Shown: positions 38,419-52,400 of the stretch, piece after piece | Numbering within the stretch: position 1 is the first letter of the stretch | Layout of the letters: each line of letters opens with the position of its first letter | Source of the DNA: Lama glama | Lineage: Eukaryota | Length of the DNA stretch: 64,000 bases | Reading direction: 5' to 3' | NCBI GenBank assembly: GCA_028534125.1 | Contig: CM052816.1 | Span: 91,638,001-91,702,000, forward strand | Notes under the pieces: generated by a model | Told to the model about the DNA's origin: nothing | What the model saw: the letters and a program-made list of their open reading frames with translations, nothing else | Databases searched by the model: none | Translations under genes and position numbers: made by a program

Positions 38419-39293
38419 GTATTATCAACACGATTATGTCTACATGGGAGACCATAAATCAGGTTCACTTGGGATTATCCTGGATTATATGTGTTGACTT
38501 GGCTTCATTATTACTAAAGCCACGTTCACTCTGAAGAGTGTCTGGGACTAGGTGACCATTTCTATTGGTCACCCTAGTCTTGTATGTTCTGTTCCACCTT
38601 TGTTTTCATAGCAAGGAGATTAATTTGCAGGGCATAACTGAATCCTTTTCAAAGCTACACTCATGTGTAGCCAAGATGATCTCTTAGCTCTGTTGTAGTT
38701 CTTTTTGCAGTCCACTTTGTAGTGCAGAATGACTACAAATAATTGAATTGTTTAAAACCAGCCAAAACTGTGCACTGTGTCATGCTAACTGTGATAGCTG
38801 CGCTCTTTCTTTAACTACCCTGTAGATGCATGAAAAGGAAAAGTCAGTGAGAGTAAAACAAGCACATCTGCTGTGCCTCTCTGTCTCCCATTGGCTAGTT
38901 CTAGGACTACTCAGTTGTGCACATTCTCAAATCCATTCTGTGCCACATTGTCTGTGCCTCATTTTGGCACTGACTTGGCCAACCTGATAGCACCTCAGGC
39001 ATTCAGTGGTGTTCCATAATGCTCACTGTCCTGAAACAGTGAGTCCCAGTGAATCCTGCATTGCGCCAATGGGAGAAAAAGTACTTACCACTGAGGTGCT
39101 AAAAGGTCTGGATGCTTCCCTCATTTGCAAACCTTATAAGAAATGGTTGTCCTAGCAGGGTATAAAACCCAACTGCTTTGATGCTTTTTTTTTTTCTCAT
39201 GCAATTACCTGTGTCTATATTTAGGACTCTTTATTTTGATTTGGAAGTTTGGCTCAGGAACTGGTACAGATTCTAAATAGACAAGCTAGCAGA

Positions 39294-39511
39294 GCAGTGG
39301 TTGGCAAACTTTTTTTGTAAAGAAATGGATAATAAATATTTTAGGTTTTGAATGCCAAACAATCTTTAACTATTCAACTCTGTGATGTATTGCAAAAGCA
39401 ACTGTAGACTACATGTAAACAAATAAGTGTGGCTGTGTTTCAATAAAACTTTATTTATTAAAGGAGCAGGTAGGATATATTTGGCCTGTGGGCTATAGTT
39501 TGCTGACCCTT
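39294..39511. mobile_element. hAT-Charlie MITE (MER58A-like)
   Basis: cagtggttggcaaactt..taaatattttaggtttt..ggctgtgtttcaataaaactttattta..tttggcctgtgggctatagtttgctgaccc. Confidence 0.85.
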
Positions 39512-39732
39512 ACAATTAGAGGACTCACTTGCCATATGATCTTCCCACTGGCTATTTATTGGAAAATGTACTCTTATCATTATGATTCATAGCAAAGCCC
39601 TTGTCCTCTCTTATCTAAGAAGACATTATTGGTTTCTCTGGCAGAAAAACCATTCAAAGATTTTCAGAGTTGATTTTGAGAATCCTATTACATTTCAAGA
39701 TTTATTCATGATTTGACAATTCATTCTTCCAG

Positions 39733-39930
39733 TAATCTACTGGGTGGAGAATTAATAGCACTAAAATACTACAGTGGATACAATGGATCAATACAACGGC
39801 TTGACTTCAAATGGGATACTGCTTTTGTAAGAGGATATGTCCATTGGACAAGTTATCCAGGAAAAATACCTTGCAAGGTCATAAACTGGAAAAACAGACT
39901 ATAGACTATCACAAAAATATCTGAAAATGA
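39733..39930 (+). pseudogene. Possible exon remnant
   Basis: Acceptor cattcttccag|39733. Reads GYCFCKRICPLDKLSRKNTLQGHKL (compare QLQGYKI at about 3975). Confidence 0.35.
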
Positions 39931-40859
39931 GAAATTTGATTATCTGTGGCTTGCTATTATTCCAGTTTTATAATGTGGCTCCCGTTTTTCTTCCCCTGTA
40001 ATTTGAAGAGTGAGGCTTTGAAATCAATGAGATGCTTGCATCTACTTGGATCACTGAATAGGATCAAAAACATTAAGATGTGTGCTCACTGCCTTCTAAC
40101 CTAAAAGAAAAATATTATTTTCTCTCATACTCACCACAATAGCATTATCCATATTTATCTCTTAAAAAAACCACGAAGCAAAACTGTGAGCTGATTTTAA
40201 CAATCAAATACCATTTGTTTGCAGATAATTTCTGTGACTGAGTCCTTAAAGTAAGCATGTTTTGCTCAAATTAGCAACACTTTAAGGGCATAGATTTTAA
40301 AGTTTTCACCATAGAAAAGGTACTGGGATGATAATTGTAATATCTGGCCCTTAGGCATATCTTCATTAGAATTCTGTACAGATTGAGGCTTGCACACTTC
40401 ATCAGACCTTGATCATTACGTTAGGCTTACAAAATGGGTACACATTGAAAATCCTTGTGTGAAAAACTTAATCATCTTTTCACTATATCCCTCTGAACTG
40501 CAAATAGTGACATATTTAGAAAAATGCTAGTCCAATTATGATATAAGAAGAAAGCCTTTCTAGTTCAGTGAATGCTATTACCTCTTTATTCCACCTGATC
40601 CCCACCCACCCCCATAACTTCTCAGAGGTTTTTTTTTTTTAATCCACTCTTATCAGAGTCATGGATTCTCCAGTCCTTGAGCTGCTTGTGATGGATCCCT
40701 GGGGTAAGAGAAGACTGTAGAAAAACAAAACACACAGACACAAACCAGACTGGGCAGTGGGGTAACCAACAATGAGGAACCACAGAATCACACATAAGGC
40801 TTCCTGTGCCAAAGCTATTATCCACCAGCCTCTGACTTAAATGTCTTTTAAGAATTGCT

Positions 40860-41300
40860 CAGAAATGAACCCACAAACTTGGTCAACTAATCTTCCACAA
40901 AGGAGGCAAGAATATACAATGGAATAAAGACAGTCTCTTCAGCAAATGGTGCTGGGAAAACTGGACAGCAACATGTGAAACAATGAAGCTAGAACACTCC
41001 CTTACACCATATACAAAAATCAACTCAAAATGGATCAAAGAGTTAAACATAAGACAAGATACAATAAACCTCCTAGAGGAAAATATAGGCAAAACATTAT
41101 CTGACATACATCTCAAAAATTTTCTCCTAGAAGAAATAGAAGCAAGAATGAACAAATGGGACCTAATGAAACTTACAAGCTTCTGCAGAGCAAAGGAAAC
41201 CATAAGTAAAACAAAAGACAACCTACGGAATGGGAGAAAATTTTTGCAAATGAAACCAACAAAGGCTTTATCTCCAGAATATATAAGCAGCTCATACGAC
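40860..41300 (+). mobile_element. L1 ORF2 fragment (fairly young), truncated by gap
   Basis: [43 protein letters not shown]..., with a frameshift near 41215 ([12 protein letters not shown] broken). Confidence 0.92.
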
Positions 41301-41800
41301 NNNNNNNNNNNNNNNNNNNNNNNNNNNNNNNNNNNNNNNNNNNNNNNNNNNNNNNNNNNNNNNNNNNNNNNNNNNNNNNNNNNNNNNNNNNNNNNNNNNN
41401 NNNNNNNNNNNNNNNNNNNNNNNNNNNNNNNNNNNNNNNNNNNNNNNNNNNNNNNNNNNNNNNNNNNNNNNNNNNNNNNNNNNNNNNNNNNNNNNNNNNN
41501 NNNNNNNNNNNNNNNNNNNNNNNNNNNNNNNNNNNNNNNNNNNNNNNNNNNNNNNNNNNNNNNNNNNNNNNNNNNNNNNNNNNNNNNNNNNNNNNNNNNN
41601 NNNNNNNNNNNNNNNNNNNNNNNNNNNNNNNNNNNNNNNNNNNNNNNNNNNNNNNNNNNNNNNNNNNNNNNNNNNNNNNNNNNNNNNNNNNNNNNNNNNN
41701 NNNNNNNNNNNNNNNNNNNNNNNNNNNNNNNNNNNNNNNNNNNNNNNNNNNNNNNNNNNNNNNNNNNNNNNNNNNNNNNNNNNNNNNNNNNNNNNNNNNN
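41301..41800. other. Assembly gap (exactly 500 N)
   Basis: Run of N. Confidence 1.
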
Positions 41801-41968
41801 GGAAGAGGCAGGGAAGGACGCGTCCCTCGAGCCGGCAGAGGCAGCATGGCCCCAGTGACGCCTTGGTTTCTGACTTCTGCCTCCAGAATTGTGAGCCCGA
41901 ACATCCCCATTGTGGCAAGCCGCTCAGTTTGTGATAATCTGTTGCGACAGCCTAGGAAACTGGTACCG
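41801..41968 (+). mobile_element. MaLR LTR 3' part (MLT1C/D-like)
   Basis: ggaagaggcagggaagga..gcagcatggccc..tctgacttctgcctccagaattgtgag..cagcctaggaaact. Confidence 0.75.
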
Positions 41969-42591
41969 GACGCATCTCCCGGCTCAGGTAGGACACAAGG
42001 TATGAAACCATCCTGGAAGCAGAAGTTAGCGTGTGGTTCAACACTGTAATCAATGTGTGTCCAGGGCATTACAGAGCTTTCAGAATATCCCTGAAATTAT
42101 TTCTGTCCTCTCTGATTTTGATTTCTTTTCTTACTAGTACTTCTACAGAAATCTAAGTCTTAAAGTCAACCTAATCTTAGATGGGAGACAGTGGGAAGTG
42201 TAGATTTCTCCATAATCTAAGTCTAGCAGCAGAAAGACCTGTCTGGCCGAATTGAGGCTTTCTGCATTTCTGAAGACAACTAAATTCTCAGTGTTAGAAG
42301 TTTGGATTACATCACCTCCTTTCGCTGGACCCTACTATGGTACCAGATTTCCTCAGTTTATCTTCCTGAACCCCCCTGTCTCCTCCGATATCTTAGCTCT
42401 GCATATGTCCTGAAATTTCCTGTCCCATTAAGACCCTGACCAAGGCACACCTCTTTCAAGAGGTCTTTCCGCCTACCTTTACTGGAAATAAATTCCCCTT
42501 CACTCCTATATTGTAATGCCTTCACTTTAACATTTGCAGACTCGCATGTAATCTATATTACCAGCTCTTCACTGGGGACTGATTTTTGCTT

Positions 42592-43060
42592 GTTTTATTC
42601 GTTTTCCAGGGCTGCCCTAACACCTTACTGCAAACTTGGTGCTTTAAAACAACAGAAATGTCTCCTCTCACAGTTCTGGAGGCCAGAAGTCTGAAATCGG
42701 GGTCGGCAGGGCTGCCCTCTGTTGATGGCTGTAGGAGAGAAAGCTTCCTCGCCTATTCCAGCTTCTGGGGGCTCTAGGTATTTCTGGGCTTGTGGCTGCA
42801 TCATTTCAACCCTTACCCCCCTCTTCACATGGGCTTCTGTTCTGCGTCTTTCTCCTCTGCAGGTGTCTCACCAGGACACACGTCACTGGATTTAGGGTCG
42901 ATCCAAATGATACCCATACCAAAAGGATGACCTCACCTTGAGATTCCTTACTTAATCACATCTGCCACAGCCCTTTTTCCAAATCAGGTCACTTTTGTAG
43001 GATCTGGTTGGTGGTTAGAACATGAATGTCTCTTTGTGGGGAGGGGGGTACCGCTATACT
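42592..43060 (-). mobile_element. MaLR LTR (MLT1C-like)
   Basis: ccagggctgccctaaca..taaaacaacagaaatg..ctcacagttctggaggccagaagtctgaaatc..ccctttttccaaatcaggtcac. Confidence 0.85.
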
Positions 43061-45539
43061 TATCTTTGCGTCCACCTGTATTTCTAAGTTCTTCATGCAT
43101 AATATGCATTTGGTAATTAATTTCTTGATTAAATTGACTCAAACTTTTGAACACAGGCTTAAGAGTACCTACAAATTATTCTAATTCACTTTTTACCAAC
43201 CATATTAAACTCTTGTTATGAACGAATTCCATCCTGGTGTAAGATTACATTTCTGCCAACTGACCTTATTGGATATTGCATGACCATCCCAGTACCAAAG
43301 GGACAGCTGGAGCTGTCACTGTATGTATACTATGCACTGACAGTGTCTTGAACATTGTCACGACAACTAAAGAACACAATAATCTGACAGGAAACAGAGG
43401 ACAATATAAGAAAACAGGAAATATCAAAAATATAATCAACGATGTCAGTTCAAAACTTTGTAAATGACATCCAAGCAGCGACAGACCTAGGCTGAACTCC
43501 AGTTCTATTCACTGCTTGTCCAGTCATGGCGAGTTCTATGATATTACACTTTTATTTTATTCTAAGGGTAAGGAAGGACAGGAGAGAGGGAGAAAGGGAG
43601 AGAGAAAGGAAACACAAAATTCAAAAACCCCTCCAGGGCCATCTACCTCTGATTTCACTACTGTCATGGTCACTGAGAATCCAACCAGGGGCATTCCCCT
43701 ACGATAAAGTCTAGAACTTGTGAGGACCCTATTTAGTAGTACCTGCAGTGCGAGAAGGCACATTTTAGGAAAACAGAACATAGGCAGAAGCTATTTTTGC
43801 ACGTTGCCTTTTTCTGTTCCAGGACTCACTCCATGATTAGTTAGATATAAATGGAGCCACTCCAATCTTGAGATTGTTTTATACAGTATTTTCTGTTCCT
43901 TGTGAAAATTGACAAGTGTCATTGCTTTGCAGACGCCACCCAGAGCCACACGTGCCTACAGTGACAGTCGGGGATTTCACACTGCTGCAAAGTTAAGAGC
44001 AAACAGGCCACACTACACACTGGAGGCAGGGGAACTGCGACACGGCTTAAAAGGACTCAATGTGAAAATGTCCCAAATCTATTCGTCCCAAGAATTATCA
44101 CTGGGGCAGTCTGCTCTCTGATACGGTAACACAACCAGCCGCTAGGTCATCTCTGTTTCCAACATGGTAATCCACAGTGTTTTTCATCTCTTTCTATCAG
44201 TCATGTGACTTTTAACATTAGGAGGGCTCAAGACCCCATGTCTGAGGCTGGTCTTTTCCTTTCACTGGGAGCAGAGAAGCAGTGATTGGCTTGGACTCTT
44301 GGAAGCACAGCGAGGATGAAGTCACCATCCTCACCTTCTGTTGCTCTTCTGTGTATGATATACTTCACAGTAGCCCCTCTGAATTTATAACCAGCTGGAT
44401 GCAGAGGTGACGAGGTTGCTGCTGGCAGCCTGCCTCATACTCTGAGATGGTCGTCGTGGGGATGGGGCATGTGTGACGCACGTGTAAGTCACGTGGACCA
44501 GGGCAGCATTCGCCTGTGCTGCAGAAGGCACCCCCCCCACAGCTCGCCTCTACCCCTTCCTCCTGTTGCTTTCACAGCTGTTTGGTGACAGCACTCAGGT
44601 GAGAGCACCCAATTATCTGTATACATGGGGTGATGGGAGGTTACAAAGTCCAAGCGGGGATTCTTTTTAACCTCATTATTATAAGATGTTTTCCTGAAAT
44701 GCCAATAACTGCATACATCTTGTGCTGGTGAGACAGAAGCTTCCTTCATCACACACAAGGCTGTGTTACATGGAAAGATTCATGGAAAGAGGTTCACCCA
44801 CCCTCGGATGAATGAAAGAATAAAAGAAAAGGAATACAAAAAAGCTAAAAACAAAATGACAGTGGTGACACACACGCATCATATACATGTGAATGTGAAT
44901 ATATATGCTTGTAAATCCCCCGAATTATCTCAGTTACAAATGGCAGCAGAGCACGTATGTCAGGAAGGGAAGTCCATCAAGTGTGCTCCTTCTAAGTCTC
45001 ATATCCCTGAGCATTTGTTTGATAATATGGGCCAAAATCTTTCATTTTAAAGTGCTATAAACATATCTTAGTATATTTCATGTTAGAATCACAAAAGTTA
45101 AGCCTGAGGAGGACCCACAGGGCTATCGCATTTTCTTCTTTATCAGGGAATCTGAGACTCAGAGAAGTTACATGATGTGCCAGGTTACTGGGGGGAGTGG
45201 CGACACAGTCACGACTGCCACTCCGGGCTCCTCTTCTCATGTCCACACAGCATCATATCCTCTAAAGCCACCTTCACCAAAGCAGTGACAAGGACTAATG
45301 TGGGGGGTGGAGAACGCAGTCACCCAGAGTTACTGTCACAACCAGTGGAGGCTGTGGGAGGGACAGTCACTGCCGAACCCCCAAGCCAATGTTTGGGTCA
45401 CCACGTTAGAACTGAGTGCCCAGCGGTTGAGAAGAAACCCTCTGAGCTGACTCACCACGGCCCACATGCCTGTGTATTTACCTCAGCCGCTGTCAGAGGT
45501 TCAAGCTTCCTGTGAAATCTGATAACCCTCATTTCCATT

Positions 45540-46880
45540 CCCATACACCCGGTCTCATGACCCCAGACTCCACTCCTCTCTCCTTGGCTAAGCCTTCCCG
45601 TTGTGACCACTGGCATTCTCCATCAATGATCCAGCACACATTGATTAACTCCTCTGAATGCTCCTTCACCTCTGTACCTTAAACTGAGACTTGTCCCCTG
45701 TGCACACTCCTTTCTCTGCAGCCCTGTCCAATGAATGATGTATTTTCTCCAGTATCCCCTGAAGCTCAGGGCTTGGAACTGGGGGAGGTACCTACCCTCC
45801 TTGTTTTCCTTGCTACTCCTTTCACCTCTTATCACCCTTGTTCCTGCAGTGCCGTGCCCCTTTGAGATTCACATCAGTCACACCATCCTCTCCCTGCATC
45901 ACTGTCTTGTTAGTTATCTCATTCATAGATGACTCACTATGATCATTCTTGGATACTTCAGCATCCAGAATCCTGGTCTTTCAGTTCCTTGACCTCACCT
46001 CCAAAGGCCTTTCCTTCCACCTCACCTACTCCCAACATCATGCCCAGGACCTGCCCGTCCCCGGGGGCTGTTTCACCTCCTAGTTTTCTACCACCCCTCA
46101 CGAGCTCACTTGCTGGAAATGGTGACAGTTCCATGATTCCAATTCCTCTTTCTTACTGACACGCTCATGTACTAACTCCATCACTACTCCTCGCCACTCC
46201 TCAGCCATCTTTTGTGTTCGCTTCCTCCCTAGCCCAGCCTAGATTCCCTGGTCCATCCCCATTGTTAAACTCATGCAAAAACTGTCACTCTTGCTTCTCT
46301 GCCCTGCTACAATATTCACCTGTTAAAGCCCCAAATCATATTACTCCAACTTTCTATCCTCTCTCTGCCTGCACATTAGCTGATTTTACGTTGCTGCAGA
46401 AAATCATACAGCTATTTGGTTTCACTTTAAATTGATGATTGCAAATGTCAAATAAAGCCTCAGTACCTCCTGGCAACCTACCACATTTCCTTCCTACATT
46501 CACTTTTCTGCTTTACGTATCCTTTCTTCACAAGTACCTCCCACTCCTTGGCCACACCCCCAACCTCAACCTCTGGCTTAGAATGGAGGAAACCTCCCCT
46601 ATCCTTTCACAGACAAACACCTTCATTTTGGCCGTAGACCTGAATTTTGCCTCTTTGCTCCTTTTTTATTCCTCCTGTGTTACCAATCTCTCCATTCCAA
46701 CTCTTCAATCTTAGCAACAAGAAATGCACACTCCAATCTCCCCCTTAAAGTAAGGGTCTTCCCTCCACTCCTCAGCTGTCGTCAGCATCTGACCCATCTT
46801 TATGTTCCCCTTCACAGAATACTTGCCAGAGATCTACATATACAGTCTTCACTTTCTGGTTTCTCATTCACATTTAAAAA
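45540..46880 (+). mobile_element. Degenerate L2 LINE body
   Basis: Long C/T-rich stretch with L2 ORF-like text (aaactgagacttgtccc, ctgggggaggta, cagttccttgacctc). Confidence 0.55.
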
Positions 46881-49378
46881 TTTTTATTTTTGTCAGCAAC
46901 TGTGAAGCTAGAGAGATCCCAGCTGGACGAGGTCATCAGATCTAACTGTCCTCCGAGCCCTTCAACCCTCCCCCATAGCTCCTCAATAAAATGGTTTGAT
47001 TCCCCCCAAATTAATTATTTTTTATTTTTAAAAATCAAAGTAAGACACTTATATATTCAAAAATACACTCATATTTAAAAGTGTCTCCCCTTTCACAGCT
47101 GCTTAGAGATCTTCACTGAATCTCCTGTGATTCACTTTAAAGAACAGTCTCACAAAGCACTTCTCTATTTCTCTATAAGTTCAGACCCTTATATTTGGCT
47201 CCCCAGAACTGAGTATGCCAGTTTATTCTTCTATACAACACCCTACACACAAAGGCATGCACACGCACGTGCACACGAACACACACACACTTCTCTTTTC
47301 CCCATCCTCCCAATGTAGTCATGTCATACTTTCTGGTTAAATCAATATTCAGAGGTATGAAAATACTACCCATAAGTAAGACTGTGGGGTACCACGACTG
47401 TATTTTATTTTTTGAACAACTTTTAATTTTTTCTGTAGTTATCAATTGCTTCAGTTTTCTGCTTATTTTTCTCTTTATCACAAATTCAGTCTCCACTAGA
47501 GGTGTAGAATTTGTCTCACTATATTCAAACATAACAGATATGCTATCAGTTCCAATTTCTATTGGACAAATCCTTCCTGGAGTCCTCTAGCCTCTGATTC
47601 AAAGTAGATCCTGGTGACAGAGGGGAGAGGTAAAAATAAAAGAGGCCCCTAGGGATCACTGTTACAACCGTATACACAGCACATCTTAGAAACAGAGCCT
47701 GGCCAAGAAGTTTAAGGACGTGATAATAAGATCAGGAACAGTAACAGTTTCAGGATGAATGGAATCAGAGCACTACTCCTGCTCTTTACAGCCAAAAGGA
47801 ACTTTTGCACCAGGAAGAAAGAAAGAAAGAATTTTCCCTTCTTTCCTGGTGCAGCATGCCAGAGGCAAACTCAACCTCCAGTAGTGCTCAAGAATCCAGC
47901 TAATTGACAGCTCTTGTTCATTTGTTTGTTCACTAAATTCCAGTTCGTCCATCCCTGTTCTAAATTCTTCAGAATTGTGTTAATATAGATTAATTGAAGG
48001 GCAAAGTTTTATGAAAAGTCTTAATTGAAAAATCATTTCCATCTTTTGTATAGTATTTCCAATCTCAATTCCCAAATCTCTATTCCACCTGCTTTAATAA
48101 ACACATAGAACTCACTGACCTCCTAACATAGAGGTGCTTACTGAATAAACAATATGGCTATGTCAACCTTCGAAAACTAATTCCTATCTCTTAGTAAACC
48201 TGAAACTGGTTTAAGGAATTAATGTAGTTAACAATGCTTTTTGTTTCCTAGAAAATAAAGCAAGTAATCTTTGGGTAACTCCAACTCAAATTATGGCATA
48301 TTTTGAATTAGTAGAGTTCAAATGACTTGTAATGTTAAAAAAAAATATATATAATGAAATATAAAAATAAAAAAATTTAAGATAGAAACATATTTTATAT
48401 TTATCTTTACATATTTCCCTCCACCCCTGGATTCTATATAAGGTTCCTTCCAGTAACACAAATATGGCTTCTTTCAGTTCAGTAAATGCAAACAGGTTAC
48501 CGTAGCTAATCTTTAGTTTTTTTACTTTGGATGAGTGATTATACACTGAATATTAATGATTAATTCTGCTAGTTATTTAGTGAAATCAGCCATAATTTGA
48601 TTTATTTTCAACAAAAAAATACAGACACAGGAGCAGAGAGTCCCCCAGTTACCCTCCCCCAACCTCCTTGGCAGATGCAGACCTCCCTTGCCCCTCACGT
48701 TCCAAAAGATGACTGGCCAAAGAGAAATCATTCATTTCATTCAATACTCACATGCTGTGGCAATTAGTTTTCAAATATATTTTTGATGAACACAAGTAGG
48801 ACATCTGGAATGAGGCAGGGATGATTAGGTTTAGGGAAAGAAGACCAATAAATGGAAATTTCAGAAATCTGAAGCAGCAAATATTCCAAGAATAAGTGGT
48901 TCTGTCTTTAAAATAAAATTGCTTTTTGAAATAAGAAAATGCTTATTGAGTTCTGCTACAGTATAAGTAGATTTTTTTCATGATGATTCCTGGACAAAAG
49001 CTATAAGTGAAATCTTCAGCACTTTTGGAAAAGGCCATGCAGATGGCTATTGTTTTTAAGTTTATTATATTGCTATTAATTTGCTGACTGTATCTAAAAG
49101 ACTTTAAAATGCTCAAAAAATATGTACGCAAATTAATTTTGTGTGTATTATGATTAAAATACTCAAAATCATTTTAATCCACATAAAATTTTATCTAAGT
49201 GATACAAAGGACGTTTTAAATGGGCCATGAATAATATTCTTTAGAACTCAGAATGGCAGAAAACCAACAATTAGAAACCACAGTTTCTACAAAGGCACTC
49301 ATCGTGACGGATGAGAATAACTGTTTCCAAACCACTCTTTTGCATTTTTGATGGCCTGGCTTTTCCCCTCTGCTCTAG

Positions 49379-49436
49379 ACGCAGTAACATGTCCCACCAT
49401 CCGTGTGTACGCTGCCAACTGCATTGACAGTTCTGA
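49379..49436 (+). pseudogene. Small exon with intact splice sites
   Basis: ttttcccctctgctctag|58 nt|gtaagt, with open frame DAVTCPTIRVYAANCIDSS. Confidence 0.45.
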
Positions 49437-52400
49437 GTAAGTAAAGATTTTACCTCCTCACTCAGAGAAACACAGGAAGTCCATTGAAAGTAACCTCTCG
49501 CAGGGAACTGCTACCACCTATGCTGAGTTGGCAGCAACGTGCTTTGGAGCTTGAGAAGAGGGGCTCTGTGATTATTAAGACATCATCCTCAGTGAGTTCA
49601 TCCCTTCGTTTGTAACTTAAGGCACGATCAACTTGTATTTCTGGCTAAAATCCAGCTTTGGAAGTATGGCTTTCTGAAGCCATTTCAACTGTGTTAAGAT
49701 TGCTGACCAGCACGCCTGCCTCTGGGCATACATTCTGTGGAAGCAGATGGAGGTTCGGGTCCACTACTAACTACAACTCGTAGGAGGGAAGTAAAGAACT
49801 GAGATGCTCGGTAGGATGAGAAAAATGAACCACTGGAAGAGAGGAATGATAAAAGTGAGAAAGAGAGGTGATTCAGGAAGCAGTGCCCCTGAGAAGGCAC
49901 CACCGATGAAGACCTGGTTTTAACAAAGAAGAGGTTGCTTCTCAGGAGAAGAGATTAGGTCAGTGGCTCTCAGCCCAGATTCTTAACTAGTCAGTCTAGA
50001 CTGGGTATACAGAAAGGCCCTCCAGGGGATTTTAATGTGCATCCAGGGCTGAGAAGTACTGAAAATTGAAGAAAAAGAAAGGCCAAAAGACAGAGAGGTG
50101 TTGCAAAGCAGGGTAGTTGAGACAGAAAGGGTGGAGTCTATTTTCTCAGTAAAGTGAGACATGGAGTTACCTCTTGATACAGGAACTGAGTTGGAGGTTT
50201 GAAGAGAAGGGTGGTTATGTGAAGGGGTAAAAATGCAACAGGAGTTTAACCAGAAATATCTTTTGAATGACCTAAAATATATTACAGTGGTGTGAAAGTT
50301 ATATAATAACCCCTTATTGTTAAGAAAGGATAACTAAATTTGCTAAGCATCTTAGATACTCATAAATTCACTTTATACCAAGGATTTCATCATATTAGTC
50401 AGGTATAAAATCTGGGAAAATATTTAAGTTATATGTTGACTGCATTTGCAATTTTGACTAATCTTGGATAAAATTATAGTCAGAATATTTTTATGCAAGT
50501 TAATTTTGTTTGGTTAGTTGCTTGTGTGCATGTAGGGGAGTGAGCTGTGTGACCCACATTTCTCCAACATGGCCTTAGAGAAGGTAGCTACTGTTGTTCA
50601 AGAATAAGTGTAATAATGGTACTTCTTACACAGTTGAACACAATGCTGATATAAGAATAAAGTTATTCAACCTTGAAATTCACTTTTTTGTTTTAACCAG
50701 AATAGAGGTTTGTACACTATATGTAGCCCATTTCCTTAAAAGGGAAATCCTCATGTGTCTCCTTGGAGCCAAACATTCTATGTACCAAGCATTTAAATTC
50801 TTACTCCACTTCTTTTCCACTCTTCAGAACTGTGCCCTGTGTATTGTGGTTAAGTCTGACAATCTCCTAACAAAGAAGCTTTGAACACAGCACTGCTGAC
50901 CATTTCAAGCTAACTGAATGTGACTCCCATCATTGTAAATCGGGCTCTTCTGCCTTCCAATTATTTAACTACAAATAAGAAAAAGACAGGAAGACTATAT
51001 GAAATATTTTATCTGTATATGACTAATTGATGAATCTCAAATATAAACAGTTTTTGGAGGGAAGATTCAAGAACTACATTATTTTATATACTCAAGGTTG
51101 ATGCGCAGGTGCATTTAATTTTACATTAGCAGGGGAGCCACACTGTAAAGGGAAAATGGTACCAGGTCTTGAGGTACAAGGTTGGCTTTTGCCCCTAGTT
51201 CCACTACTCCCTGCTAAGTGTGACTTTAAGCAAGTCCCTGAGAACTTTCATGTTTGTTTCTTTATATGCAAAATGGAAACAAAAACTTCCTCCCTCACTA
51301 GGCTGTTAATAGGATGAAGGAAATAATGTCTGTGAACTATATTTTAATGTGAATAATCTTCAACTGAATCCTCTATTTTGGGAAATGTGTTACATTTGCA
51401 TACTGAGCTTCTGGAGAACACAGCACAATAATATACAGGGAGATTAGGAAGCAGAAATTAAGATACATGTGTAAATAGAGTGCCATAGGCACACAAGGGT
51501 TAAACATCAAACCTCCAAATTGGTGGCTTACGTATTTTACTTAAGTCCTATAGTGATCATCTTCATAAATTTCAGCATTATACATAACACTGTATAATGT
51601 TATGTATAAAATAGGAGTAGTTAAAATAGAACTTATGAATACACTCCTGAACTTAGAAAAGAGCTACCCCACTTATAGTTCTTTTCTTTCTCTTGTGCTG
51701 ATGTTGGTGCCATGAAGTTATAAGAAACATATGAGGGAAATTATACTAAAAAATGTGAGAACTTTTTCCTGCCTCACCATCACGTATGTTGAGCCCCAGA
51801 CACAATTATCCTTTGAGAATGCATTACAGATGCTGCACTTAGCAAATGGGTGCAAGATGTTTGTTCAGATATAAACTTGCAGGCCAACGCTAGGGGAAGC
51901 TGGCAAAAGCTTTTAACAGGGGATGTTTCTTGTAGGTTGCCAACCCAGATCACTTTTTTTTCTCCTGAGAGTTTTGGCAGCTGTCTTCTTCTTCAGCTTG
52001 CCCTTCTAATTGGTTGTTTCCATGGCAACAAGAATTTTCAACCATAGTCTTCTTTATTAACTAGCTATAAAATGGGGTGTGCCCTAAGCAAAAGGTGACT
52101 TGAGGGGTAACAGCAATTAGGATAAAACCTACTACACTTTTCTGTATGATGCTAATTTTGAGTAGTACACTCAAAACTTATTAACCCAAGTGTTGACAGG
52201 TATCTACCCTGGCTTCTTCCTGTAACGTTTCACGTAACAAAGGGCTCTGGAATTAGATTTATTTATTCATTTATCACCCCTGTTCTCCTTCTCCTTCTTC
52301 TTCTTCTTAATATCATTAAATACAAGGACAAAAACCAGTGGCTCACACTTTGCATTAAGGAAACTCAAAATATGTTGTAGGTGTCTATTTTTAATCCTGA

